Part shown: positions 46,969 to 57,410 of the stretch, piece after piece
Position numbering within the stretch: the stretch's first letter is position 1
Layout: each line of letters opens with the position of its first letter
Sequence record: NC_070963.1
DNA: 64,000 nt
Strand: one strand, 5' to 3'
Translations under genes and position numbers: made by a program
Notes under the pieces: generated by a model
What the model saw: the letters and a program-made list of their open reading frames with translations, nothing else
The model's database searches: none
Told to the model about the DNA's origin: nothing

Positions 46969-47292
46969 ATGCTTTCTACACAATATAGATTGAAACTTGA
47001 AGGTATTTGTGAAAAGATTGCAAAGAGAGAAGAAGTATCATTAGAAGAAATGATCTGGGCGGAAAAACTTGCAAATGTAAATCCAACAGCAGCAAAGTTT
47101 CTTCGTCAGGCAAGAAGAAAGGCAGAGAATCCTAATATGCAAGAAGGTGATATGGATGACTTTCTCAATCAGTTGGATATTGGAAGTTTAGGGCACGAAA
47201 GAAGAGGTATAAGAGAATTTAATTCTCCAGATGAAATTGCAGAGTGGTTTAGCAGAGATAGAGATGGTGATGAATGGAGACGTAGAGACTGA
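46969..47292 (+). CDS. conserved cyanophage hypothetical
   Basis: MLSTQYRLKLE.IC..I; GGAG RBS and TAAATA upstream. Confidence 0.65.
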   Translation: MLSTQYRLKLEGICEKIAKREEVSLEEMIWAEKLANVNPTAAKFLRQARRKAENPNMQEGDMDDFLNQLDIGSLGHERRGIREFNSPDEIAEWFSRDRDGDEWRRRD

Positions 47293-47495
47293 TGAAATCA
47301 TTTCAAGAGTTTCTTTTTGAAGAAGAAAAGTCATCTAAAGCAACGGCAGAGTATCAGAACGAACCAAAGGGCAATGAGAAGTGCTCTAATTGCAATATGT
47401 GGAGACCGCCAAATGCTTGCACTGCAGTAAAAGGTAAGATTGCTGCTGATGGTTGGTGTAAGTGGCATCAATATAATAGGAAGAATCGTGATTAA
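47292..47495 (+). CDS. HiPIP-like 4Fe-4S protein with N-terminal capsid-targeting-like peptide
   Basis: YQNEPKGNEKCSNC...CTAVKGKIAADGWC: four Cys in HiPIP spacing; N-terminus MKSFQEFLFE. Confidence 0.75.
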   Translation: MKSFQEFLFEEEKSSKATAEYQNEPKGNEKCSNCNMWRPPNACTAVKGKIAADGWCKWHQYNRKNRD

Positions 47496-47606
47496 GATAT
47501 GTAAAGTAAATGTCATAAAGTACAAACAATATGATAAAATAACAATGTGAGAGCACTACAACATAAAAACTTTTTATTATAATGTTTTTTGTGCGTGGAG
47601 GTCATT

Positions 47607-47783
47607 ATGCACAATCTAATTTCTTACAATCAACTTGCTTCTTGGAAACATCTTGAAGATACAGTCAATCATTTCGTAGAAGAAAGTGAATTAATCAATG
47701 ATTATTATACTTGTCTAATTGATTGTGATGAAAGTCAGCAGGAGTGTAAGAGAATATGTAGAAAACTTTTGAAATCCTCATAA
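47607..47783 (+). CDS. small Cys-containing cyanophage protein
   Basis: GGAGG RBS; YYTCLIDCDESQQECKRICR. Confidence 0.6.
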   Translation: MHNLISYNQLASWKHLEDTVNHFVEESELINDYYTCLIDCDESQQECKRICRKLLKSS

Positions 47784-47830
47784 ACCGTCCATTGACCCTT
47801 GACAATTCCCGTCAGGGGTCTTATAGTATG
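47781..47830 (+). promoter_or_regulatory. early-promoter cassette copy 3 (partial upstream motif)
   Basis: AAACCGTCCA, TTGACA-17-TATAGT with GACCC/GGGTC stem. Confidence 0.7.
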
Positions 47831-48434
47831 TGAGTATCCAGTTTTGAGTATGTCAGAGAGAACACAAGAGTTTATGAATGCTGTATGGGAAGCACGAAAT
47901 GCTGGTGCTGATACGGAAGAAAAACTGGTTGCAGCAATTCTGAAGACTGCTGCAGAAACTGTGAGATTTTATCAGGCACAGAATGACTTGATTGTGCTTG
48001 ATAAGAATGATATGTTGGAACTTGCAAAAGAACTTGAAGAATGAAAGAACTTCCTGATAAAAGAGAACTGGACATTATGTGGACGGTTGCCACTTCGACC
48101 AGTATTGAAACTGGACGACGACCCCACTACGGTTTCGCCCAGATGCTGTATGATTATCTTGTAGACAAAAAACCCCTTGTTGAACTTGGTGATGACAAAC
48201 TTTTACACAAAACTCCCGAACTGTGATGTTCTTCGCAGTAAGATTGATGTCTTTGAACTTACTGATGAGGCAGAAAATCAAACCTATCGTGTAGAACTCA
48301 CGGTAGATAATTCTGGTGTCTTTATTACCTCTTGTGAAGGTGGTGCTCGTGAGGATATGAGCATTGGTCACAAGGATGTGGCAATTGCTGTTGCCCGTGC
48401 TATTCTGGAAGCATACTCCGTTCCTTATATCTCA

Positions 48435-48535
48435 TAAATAATAATACCTGATGATACGGCAATTTCACAGGTGGATTAGGTGCTTTCGGGCACCTTTTCC
48501 CGTATAAATAGTATTGCCGTATCATTAGAGTAGTT
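48435..48535 (+). promoter_or_regulatory. endonuclease leader cassette B
   Basis: TAAATA 48435; ACCTG/CAGGT hairpin with loop ATGATACGGCAAT (48451-48463) perfectly complementary to ATTGCCGTATCAT (48513-48525); AGGTGC-TTTCGG-GCACCTTTT terminator; TATAAATA 48503. Confidence 0.8.
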
Positions 48536-49072
48536 ATGTCTAACAAGACATTATGTTGCAAATGTAATGCAACAAAGGAAAATATTAAATTAAGTTATTG
48601 CAATTCTTGTAATGCAGAAAAAACAAGAACTTGGTATAAAAATAATTTAGAAAAAGCAAAAATAATAAAGAAAAGAACTTACAATAAACATAAAGAAAAT
48701 CATATAGCAAGAGCAACAAAATGGAACAAAGATAATAGATTATCTCATAGAAATTCTAACGCTACTTGGAGATGGAAACTCCGCCAAGAAATTATTGAAG
48801 AATATGGTGGGTCTTGTGCTTGTTGTGGTGAAGTAATACCAGAATTTTTATCAATAGACCACATTAATAACGATGGAAATGAAGAACGGAAAGCAAATAA
48901 TAACAAGGGAGGCGCTAAATTTTATAAAGAATTGAAAGATAGGGGGTTTCCAAAAGACAATTATCAGTTATTGTGTATGAATTGTAATTTTGCAAAAGGT
49001 CACTTTGGATCATGTCCCCATCAAGTTATGGGTTTATCAGTTGCACCAGTAATGGGAATAGATGTAATATAG
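48536..49072 (+). CDS. HNH homing endonuclease
   Basis: CACCGE...LSIDHINNDG...YQLLCMNCN. Confidence 0.8.
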   Translation: MSNKTLCCKCNATKENIKLSYCNSCNAEKTRTWYKNNLEKAKIIKKRTYNKHKENHIARATKWNKDNRLSHRNSNATWRWKLRQEIIEEYGGSCACCGEVIPEFLSIDHINNDGNEERKANNNKGGAKFYKELKDRGFPKDNYQLLCMNCNFAKGHFGSCPHQVMGLSVAPVMGIDVI

Positions 49073-49136
49073 GACACTTGACGAACTGGACCACTCCACT
49101 TGCTCTGGGGTGGTTTTTGCTTTATAATACTCTCAT
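49073..49136 (+). promoter_or_regulatory. early-promoter cassette copy 4
   Basis: GACACTTGACGAACTGGAC, stem, TATAATACTCTCATA. Confidence 0.75.
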
Positions 49137-49918
49137 ACAACAACAGACCGATGACCTACAAAGCATCTCTTAAAGTTCAATTTGATAGTGAATGGACTTC
49201 CACTAGTTACAGTAGTGGTTTTGATGATACAGTGCTCCCCGAAGAGCATTATACTTTTCAGGTTCCTGCCGAAGACCTTAACATCCATCAACTGTTTCGT
49301 TTCTTTGCAACTGTTGCCCGTGCAATGGGTCATAGTGAAATCAACATTATGAAAGGTGGTTGTGGTCTTGCATTTGCTGAAGAGAAAAGTGTAGAAGATA
49401 TGCGTAAGGTTGCTGATGAGTTTGACCTGACTTTGGGTGAGGATTTGAAGAGGAAGTTTGATGATATGCGTGAGGCAGAAGAAGAGTGGGCACGTCTTAA
49501 AAAAGGTCCTATGGGAACTGTCCTGTCTGATGATGAAGAACAATGAGAAGAGTAACAGTCAGACCCAAAAGCAGCAAGGCAAAGAACCGTCTTGCTAACT
49601 CTATGGGTGGCAATGCTATCTGTATTGTAGAGCAAGACAAAGGTGATGGTATGCTGTTTCTCGCATCAGAGAACCAAAAATACTTCTTCTGGGTCAATGT
49701 AAGCAACGATTGTCATTGGGAAACTGAATGGGAGGTCTTGTGAAACCAAAGTTTTATGTGATTCTAGAACAAGCAATTGAGGAAGGTGTCCGTCAAGGAT
49801 GGCATCGGGCACATAAACACGTTGAAAATCCTTCTGAAGGTGCTGTCATTCAGCACATTGAAGATGCTGTGATGTCTGCGATTCACGAATACTTTACTTT
49901 TGATGAGGACGAATATCG

Positions 49919-50209
49919 ATGAGTTTTACTAAAACTATTTCTATTTTTGCCGCACTCGCAAGTATTTTTGGTGCTGGTGCTGCTGGATGGAAATTGGCAC
50001 AAGATGACAATCAACAACCAAAGATTTATGAAGAACGCATCCAACAACTTGAAGAGCAACTGAAACAACAATCAACTCAAACTACAGTTCCACAACCAGT
50101 TATACTTCCATCTACACAATCTCAAGTTCAACAAGCACCGCAAGCATCTCAACTTCCTCCTCCACCTCCTCCTGTGCCACCTGAACAAGTGTCCCAGAGC
50201 ACCCCATAG
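49919..50209 (+). CDS. membrane-anchored Pro/Gln-rich protein
   Basis: N-terminal hydrophobic segment, coiled coil, PPPPPPVPP. Confidence 0.55.
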   Translation: MSFTKTISIFAALASIFGAGAAGWKLAQDDNQQPKIYEERIQQLEEQLKQQSTQTTVPQPVILPSTQSQVQQAPQASQLPPPPPPVPPEQVSQSTP

Positions 50210-50239
50210 GTGCTTTTTTTGTAGTATAATACTCTCATA
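50173..50239 (+). promoter_or_regulatory. early-promoter cassette copy 5 (inside 3' end of the upstream ORF)
   Basis: GTGCCACCTGAACAAGTGTCCC, AGCACC/GGTGCT stem, TATAATACTCTCATA. Confidence 0.65.
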
Positions 50240-51248
50240 TGGAAAGGAGAAAACCCTATGTCTGGTGGTCATTTCGGTGATTATGACTATTACAAGGTTC
50301 AACAGTTTGCTGATGAACTTGAAGTAGAAATCCAAAACAACAACAAAAAACTGGATGAGTATGAGTATGCTCCCAATTTTTCACCAGAAACTATCAAGTA
50401 TTTGAGGAAGCAACTTCGTCAGATGCGTAAGATGGCAGAGATTATGAGGCATATTGATTATCTGTATAGTGGTGATCATGGTGATGATAGTTTTATGGAT
50501 CGTGTAAAAGAAGTAGAGAAACACTGGGAAGAGTGTGAAGACCTTGCTAATCGTATGGATGAATGGAATGAAACTGGAGATGGAGTATGACGCATCCAGC
50601 AAATGATTGGGAATGGTCTGATGATGCTGAAAAGGGATTTAATGAGTGGTTCAATCAAGACTGCGGACCTTATACTTGGCAGTGTGAATGGTTCTATGGG
50701 GATTGTGAAGTAGAAGACGAAAAGACACGAAAAGACCTGATGTATAAGTGGATGCACGCAGCATATGTAAGTGGTTATGAACGAGGTCTTTATGGTAAAT
50801 TGGAGGAACAAAATGACTGACCGAAATCTAGAAAAAGAACTCAATTATTATGTCTATAATGACCCAGAATATGGGGAAGACATTGAACACATCTCTCATC
50901 CTTCCTTGATTTGTATTCTTACAGAACTGATTGATAGAGTAGAACAACTTGAAAAGGACAACGAACTCCTCAAATCTTATGCTTGGGAACAATGAAACTC
51001 TTTGACTACGAAACTTATTCTGATTATGGAACGGAATGGTTCTTTCAAGTTCTAACATCCCGCAGATTTGCTCTGCTGGATATTACAGTTCAGTGGGACG
51101 ATTATGGGTGTGATGATTTATTGCCAGCAATTCAGTTCAGTATTGGTTCAAGTCATTTGTTTGGGGGTTTTATACGATACAAACGATTTCAATTTGATTG
51201 TAGTATAATTGATTGGAAACCCCGTGATTTAAGGTGGTATCGTCTACA

Positions 51249-51347
51249 TAAATAGTAATGCTTGTGTTTGGTCGCAGAAGCAGAGATTAGGTGCTTTCGG
51301 GCACCTTTTCTTGTATAAATAGTAAAGACCAAACACAAAGTAGAACT
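51249..51347 (+). promoter_or_regulatory. endonuclease leader cassette C
   Basis: TAAATA 51249; TGCTT/AAGCA hairpin; TTGTGTTTGGTC (51262-51273) complementary to GACCAAACACAA (51327-51338); same terminator; TATAAATA 51314. Confidence 0.8.
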
Positions 51348-51992
51348 ATGGTAAGTCCATACAGATTTTATACTTACGCATATTTGCGTGAAGATAGAAC
51401 ACCCTATTATATTGGTAAGGGTAGAGGAAATAGAGCATATTACAAATATAAGGGAACAAAACCACCTAAAGACAAATCAAGAATAATATTTCTCAAACAG
51501 AACCTAACAGAGGAGGAATCATTCAAACACGAAATCTATATGATTGCTGTCTTTGGAAGAAAAGATTTAGGAACTGGTATTCTTCACAATAGAACTGATG
51601 GTGGAGATGGTCCTTCTGGTTTGATAAGGACTGAAGAACATAAGAGTAAAATTCGTAAATCGTTACTTGGTAGACCTCGTTCTCAAGAAACTAAAGAAAA
51701 ATTGAGAAAAGCAAATTTAGGAAAAATTCGCAACCCTTGTTCGCAAGAAACTAAAGATAAAATAGGTGCTGCCAATAGAGGAAAAAAACACTCTAAAGAA
51801 TCTAAAGAAAAAATTGGTGCTATTTGGTCAAATTGGTGGAGAATAACATTTGATGATAATAGTGAGATTGTGATATTTGGATTATCTACTTGGTGTAAAA
51901 ATACAAAATATTGCAAATCAAGTATGCTTCGTATAGCATCAGGAAAACAAAAAACACATAAAAATGTTGTGAAGGTTGTAAAATTAGATTAA
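51348..51992 (+). CDS. GIY-YIG-like homing endonuclease
   Basis: FYTYAYLREDRTPYYIGKG, ILHNRTDGG, NUMOD3-like repeats; start reassigned to the ATG after the late promoter. Confidence 0.82.
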   Translation: MVSPYRFYTYAYLREDRTPYYIGKGRGNRAYYKYKGTKPPKDKSRIIFLKQNLTEEESFKHEIYMIAVFGRKDLGTGILHNRTDGGDGPSGLIRTEEHKSKIRKSLLGRPRSQETKEKLRKANLGKIRNPCSQETKDKIGAANRGKKHSKESKEKIGAIWSNWWRITFDDNSEIVIFGLSTWCKNTKYCKSSMLRIASGKQKTHKNVVKVVKLD

Positions 51993-52050
51993 GACACTTT
52001 ACAAACTGGAACAAGGGTACTTGAAAACAGGTGCCCTTTCTGGTATAATA
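51993..52050 (+). promoter_or_regulatory. early-promoter cassette copy 6
   Basis: GACACTTTACAAACTGGAAC, GGGTAC-TTGAAAACAG-GTGCCC, TTGAAA-17-TATAAT. Confidence 0.8.
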
Positions 52051-52396
52051 GTTTTATAATCAAAAGACCGATGACTGAAAACTACCCTAACTATATGTTT
52101 GAAGAAGCAGCACGGCGGGAACTCATCAACGAAGCACTTGAAGAACTCAACGCAATCGTAATGGGAGGACAAGACACCAGAGAGTTTTATCAATCTGTGA
52201 CTTATATTCGTAAAGTATTAGAAAGTCTAAAATGACTTATAAAGTTAGATATACTGGTTTCGGTCCATATAAGGATGTTCTTCAACATAATCAAATCTTC
52301 ACAGTCAAAGATATGGTAGTTTATGCCTGGCACGAAAACTTTGTCTTCAGGGAAATAGAAGGTGAGTATCATACAATTTTCTTTGAGGATGTAGAG

Positions 52397-52455
52397 GACA
52401 CTTTCTAAACCGTCACAAGGGCACTTGATTTCAGGTGCTCTTTCTGGTATTATAT
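52397..52455 (+). promoter_or_regulatory. early-promoter cassette copy 7
   Basis: GACACTTTCTAAACCGTCAC, GGGCAC/GTGCTC stem, TTGATT-17-TATTAT. Confidence 0.75.
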
Positions 52456-54645
52456 GATTAACCAAGAAAATCAAATGTCTGATTACACTTTAAATCCCGA
52501 AGCAAAACCTTTTAGTTATACTCGTGAAAATTTGTTTTCTTGTATCACTCGTATTGTTTCGCATCCCCACTCTGTTGTGACTTCTCACGATGAAGCAAGA
52601 GCATTAGCAATACTTTTGGTATTTGAGGATTATTTCTCAAATTTCTTGGAATCTGATAATAATGGTTCTCACTATGTTTATGAACGGGATGAACTTGACT
52701 TTGAGGATTTTGTGAGGTATAAACTTAATCTTGAATATTATCATCCTGTTGATGCTGATGAGGTGTTGAAATGACGGACCTAAAACTCTGTAAGGATTGT
52801 AAGTGGTATAAGAAATCTTGGATTGAGACTTTTATTTTTGGTAATGACGGAGACGATAAATGCTTTCATCCAGTATTGAGTGGAAATTTGGTGACTGGAA
52901 AAGTCAAAGGTGGTCGTGTTTGTAGTTTTATGAGATTACATGGTGGTGGATGTACTCCAGAAGGTAAGTATTGGGAGGCACGGAAATGAGTTCTTATATT
53001 TCGTGCTATAATATGAACCGAGAACTGGAGCACTTTGAGGTTCCTGAACCTGTTTATGTGTATATCGTTCAACTGGAAAATCAAATCAAGTATGGTTCTG
53101 GTGGTGTGAAACGACTTTATCCTTTTAGATTTGGAGAGAAAGTAAATGACTGATATGAAAACCAAAGCAAAGAAAGTATTTTCTGCTTATTGGGATGACC
53201 CATGCCACGACCCTGCTTTACACCTTACTACTGTTCTTCGTGAGGTAATCAACCAACTTCAACAATCTCCTGGTGTGATTTCCTGTGCTGATATGTTAGA
53301 ATTGTGTGAAGAGATTGAAAAATTGTGACTAAACTTACACAAGAACAACTACAAACTATTGAAGACGCATTCAATTCAATTCCAGAAGATATGAGAACTG
53401 GAACATATATGACGATGGGGGGAATTGAAGAACAACTTGCGAGTGGTGCTAAAATTATCCTTTATATAAGACGAGGTGAAAATATAATGTATGATGGTAA
53501 AGAAAATATACAATTTGTGATAGAAAAAATGAGGTTGGAAGAATGACTAACCATCCATCATACTGCTGTCCTAAATGTGGAGAACAAATCGGTTGGTTGG
53601 GACGATTTTTTAACTTTTTTATTCCAAATTATCATAGGTGTGTGAAATGACTGAACAACCAATCAAACAGACAAAAATTACAGATGCATCTAAAATTCCT
53701 GGACTTGAGTTTGAACCAGGAGGAAGTATTGAAATCTTTGGTGATGCTAAAATGATACTCAAAATTGATGATAATGAGATTGAGTTAAAAAATGACTAAC
53801 GAATGGAAACCTGAAAAGAATATCTCATCTCCTTGGGATGTTGATACTTGGGAGAACAATATCGGGCAACCAGTAAAACCTTCTGGTGATAATCTGCCGT
53901 ATCCTTATACAACTTCTTATATTCATCAACCAGAAGTGATTTGTGAGTGCGACTTGTTCGGACAGAAACAAATGGTTATTTCATTTCATAAAAGTGATAC
54001 ATTTCCAGTTCCAAACCGATGGATTAGATTTTGGACGAGAGTGTTCTTCAATACCAAATGGAACTTTAAGAAATGACTAAACAAAAACTCAAAATACAAA
54101 AAGCACCAAAAGTCTATAAAATAGACCCAGAAAAATTATCTGAACTACCACAAAGAGTTTTTGCTCTTGTGATGTGTGATACGATGTATTTTAGTGAGGA
54201 CTATAAGTATTTTGATGTAATCAAACCTTATCTTGATATTCCAGAAGAACCCAAAACTCTGGAACAAATCTCACAAGAACTCAACGATAAGATTGATGAA
54301 CTGATTGAGAATACTAAAAACAAGTTTTATCAATCCAAATATATTTCAGAAAAACTATACAACACAAAGTTCAATAGGATTATTCAGGACTTTGAGTATG
54401 CGAAGGAGCACGGACAGTTTCCACAAAAACTTACTCTTGGTTACTCCAAGTTTGATTCCTCCAATTTTGTTGTGAGTGGTAGTTCTGTGGAAAGTTCTCT
54501 TGTAATCAAACAGGGGAAAAAACACGAAGGTTATTATACGAATGGTAATCGTAGATATTTCAAGTATTATATGCCTGATAAACCGAATATGATTGTGAGG
54601 TTCTTTATGAAAACTTGTTTGGGTTTTTATTGGGTTGATGAGAAG

Positions 54646-54723
54646 GACACTTGAAGAACTGGCACAAGGAGACCCCACAAGGTCTCCTATTGGTCTATAA
54701 TACTCTCATAAGCAACCAAACCG
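54646..54723 (+). promoter_or_regulatory. early-promoter cassette copy 8
   Basis: GACACTTGAAGAACTGGCAC, GGAGACC/GGTCTCC stem, TATAATACTCTCATAAGCAACCAAACCGATG. Confidence 0.8.
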
Positions 54724-55960
54724 ATGATTGACCTCTCTCAACTGACCGAAGACCAAATCAACGAACTTGAACTTCAAATCCAAAAACATAAGGAAGAACA
54801 AAAACACAAAGATAATCTAAAAAATCTAAAAGGTTATAAAGTGACCTTTTATGTGAGGTTTGACCCTGAAAAGCATAAGGATGATGATATGCTTACAGAT
54901 GAGGGAGAACTTGACCCGAACATTTTTGCTGATTATTTGTGCGATAATGTTGTTGGACAACTGGTTATGAATTTTGATTTGCGTGGTTATGAGGATGTGA
55001 GTTATCCTAATGTGGAAGTAGCAACTCAACAAGATATTGAAGACAAGTTTTGAGGAACTGAAATGAAACTCCTTGTAGTCAATCTTCAAAATCCCAACGA
55101 TACAAAATATCACAATCCAAAGAATATTGGAGTTTTTATGTGGGGTCGTCGTCTTTCTAATTATCCTATGTTTGCTGTGAGTGAGAATGGTGAAATGAAA
55201 CAGATTGTTCTTGAAAGTGCTGATGTTATGGAAATTCAAAAGCAAGTAATGGAGCAACTGAAATGAGATACTACGATAGAACTTATGAGCACCAGTGTGA
55301 CTTTGATGCTAAAAACAGAGCAGAAAAAGCATCACAAGATTACTACAAAAAGTGGATAAATCTTCGTAAAGAAGTAAAAGAACTGGTGAGAACTCAAAAC
55401 ATTTCTATTACACCTGAATTTGCTAAACTGATTGGATTGAAATGACTGACGAAGAATACCAACCAAGAAATCGTGAGAAAGCAAAACAAGCAAAGTATGG
55501 AATGGTGTGGTGTGGGGTGTGCGATAGACAAATCGTGTCTGATGGTATAAAATGTCCTGTATGCGGACACAGACACAAACCGAAGAAAATTAGGTATGAC
55601 TGATAAACCAATCACAGCACAAGAACTTGAAGAACTTTTTGGTAAGGTAGATTGGGAACAACTCATTAGGGATGAAGTCCTCAAAGAAGGTGCAGAAGAA
55701 ATACAAAGACAACACGATCATCACTTACTGACTACTTTGTATGGTAGTAGTTTTGCTGATATGGTTATGATAGAACCAGGAGTTTATAAGTATATGAAAT
55801 ACAATCGTAAAATGAATGTCTTTGAGAAGTTAGAGGCATCTTGGTGGTGGATGACGCAAATTTTTGAAGAGTGGTGTTGGCAAATGACACACGATGATGG
55901 AGAGTTCTTTCACTATCTTCAAACTGATTACTGCAAATATGAGGAGGATACTTACTACAC

Positions 55961-56058
55961 TAAATAATAGTGCTTGTGTTTCGCAACTATAGCAGAGGAA
56001 AGGTGCTTTCGGGCACCTTTTCTTGTATAAATAGTATTGCGAAACACAAAGTAGAACT
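55961..56058 (+). promoter_or_regulatory. endonuclease leader cassette D
   Basis: TAAATA 55961; TGCT/AGCA hairpin; TTGTGTTTCGCAA (55974-55986) complementary to TTGCGAAACACAA (56037-56049); same terminator; TATAAATA 56026. Confidence 0.8.
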
Positions 56059-56742
56059 ATGACTTCACAAAGTCCAAGAATTTACATATATAAAATTATT
56101 TTTGAGGAAGTACCTTATTATTACTATGGAGTTCATAAGGAAAAAAAGTTTAATGAAGAGTATTTTGGGTCTCCTGTAACTCATAAATGGTGTTGGGAAT
56201 TTTATACTCCAAAAAAGCAGATATTAGAATTTTTTGAGTTTAGTGATGAAGGATATATTAAAGCACAAGAAGTTGAAGCAAGATTGATTAGACCTGTATT
56301 TAATATTGATAAATGGTGTTTGAATGAAAATTGCTTGGGTGTTTTTTCTTTGGAACAAAAACGAAAAGCAGGAAAGATAGGAGGAAAAAATTCATATGAA
56401 ATGAAACTTGGAGTTCATGGAAGAACAAAGGAACAAAAAGTTGAAGATGCAAAAAAAGGTGGATTGATTGGTGGAAATATATCAAAAGAACTGGGTTTGG
56501 GTATTAATTCATTAACATCACAAGAAAGAGCAGAAAATGCAAAAAAAGGTCATATAATTCAAAAAGAACTTGGTCTTGGTTTGTATGGAATACCAAAAGA
56601 AAAAAGAATTGAAACCGTTAAAGAAGTCAATTCTCAACGATGGGAATGTTGCAAAACAGGTTATATTTCAACTTCTGCTGGACTTACAAAATACCAAAAA
56701 TCAAGAGGCATAGACACTTCTAAAAGACGCAGATTATCATAA
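56059..56742 (+). CDS. GIY-YIG (Seg-like) homing endonuclease
   Basis: IYIYKI...YYYYGVH, YFGS, A..VE..LI, CLNEN; basic Gly-containing repeats. Confidence 0.75.
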   Translation: MTSQSPRIYIYKIIFEEVPYYYYGVHKEKKFNEEYFGSPVTHKWCWEFYTPKKQILEFFEFSDEGYIKAQEVEARLIRPVFNIDKWCLNENCLGVFSLEQKRKAGKIGGKNSYEMKLGVHGRTKEQKVEDAKKGGLIGGNISKELGLGINSLTSQERAENAKKGHIIQKELGLGLYGIPKEKRIETVKEVNSQRWECCKTGYISTSAGLTKYQKSRGIDTSKRRRLS

Positions 56743-56745
56743 AAA

Positions 56746-56810
56746 CCACTTGAAGAACTGGAACAAGGGCACTTGAAAACAGGTGCCTTTTCTGGTATGA
56801 TACTTCTATA
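56746..56810 (+). promoter_or_regulatory. early-promoter cassette copy 9
   Basis: CCACTTGAAGAACTGGAAC, GGCAC/GTGCC stem, TTGAAA-17-TATGAT. Confidence 0.8.
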
Positions 56811-57329
56811 AACAAAAACCTATGAACTACCAAGAGTTTCTACAAACTCCACACACCTTTATGAATGATGTAGTTGAAATCATCACAATCAAAAAGAAAT
56901 GGGGTTTAGCACTTACAAGAGAAGAAAAAATGCTTCAAAGACACATTCGCATTCTTACCTTACGAAGTTCTTATGAGGCACAAAAATGAATAAACCTTAT
57001 TTGCTGATTGCTGGAGAAAATTTTTACCCTTCTAGGGATACTGGTGATTGGATTGGGTGTTTCTCTACCTATGAAGAAGCAAAGGCACAAGTAGAACCCA
57101 AAAAACCCAAAGGATATACAGTAAATGGATGGGAATGGGGTTGTGATTGGTATAAAATTGTAGACCTTCGTGAATGGACTGAATAATGATTAAAATGATT
57201 AAAACTCTACTCAAATTCTTATTCTCAAAAGAAATAGAAGTTGCTCCTGGTGTTTTTTGGTTGGGTGGAGTATTATATGAGAACCGAAACAAACCAACAA
57301 CACCACCACCTCTCAAATGGAAGAAGAGG

Positions 57330-57410
57330 GACACTTGAAGAACTGGCACAGGGACACTCCAAATGCCCCTGTGATGCCCTATAATACTCTCATAAGCAAC
57401 CAAACCGATG
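57330..57410 (+). promoter_or_regulatory. early-promoter cassette copy 10
   Basis: GACACTTGAAGAACTGGCAC ... TATAATACTCTCATAAGCAACCAAACCGATG (leader identical to copy 8). Confidence 0.8.

Noticed and set aside
47607-47783. CP12 call for the small Cys protein
   Set aside because: Lacks the AWD.VEE core and the C-terminal CP12 Cys spacing.
49133-49706. Minus-strand ORFs in the early region (e.g. 49133, 50476, 54826, 58452)
   Set aside because: They overlap well-packed plus-strand genes and lack promoters or RBS.
51291-51347. Longer N-termini from the ORF track (51291, 62488, 63303, 16683, 15101, 23909)
   Set aside because: These starts lie within promoters, terminators or upstream genes; downstream ATGs match family starts.
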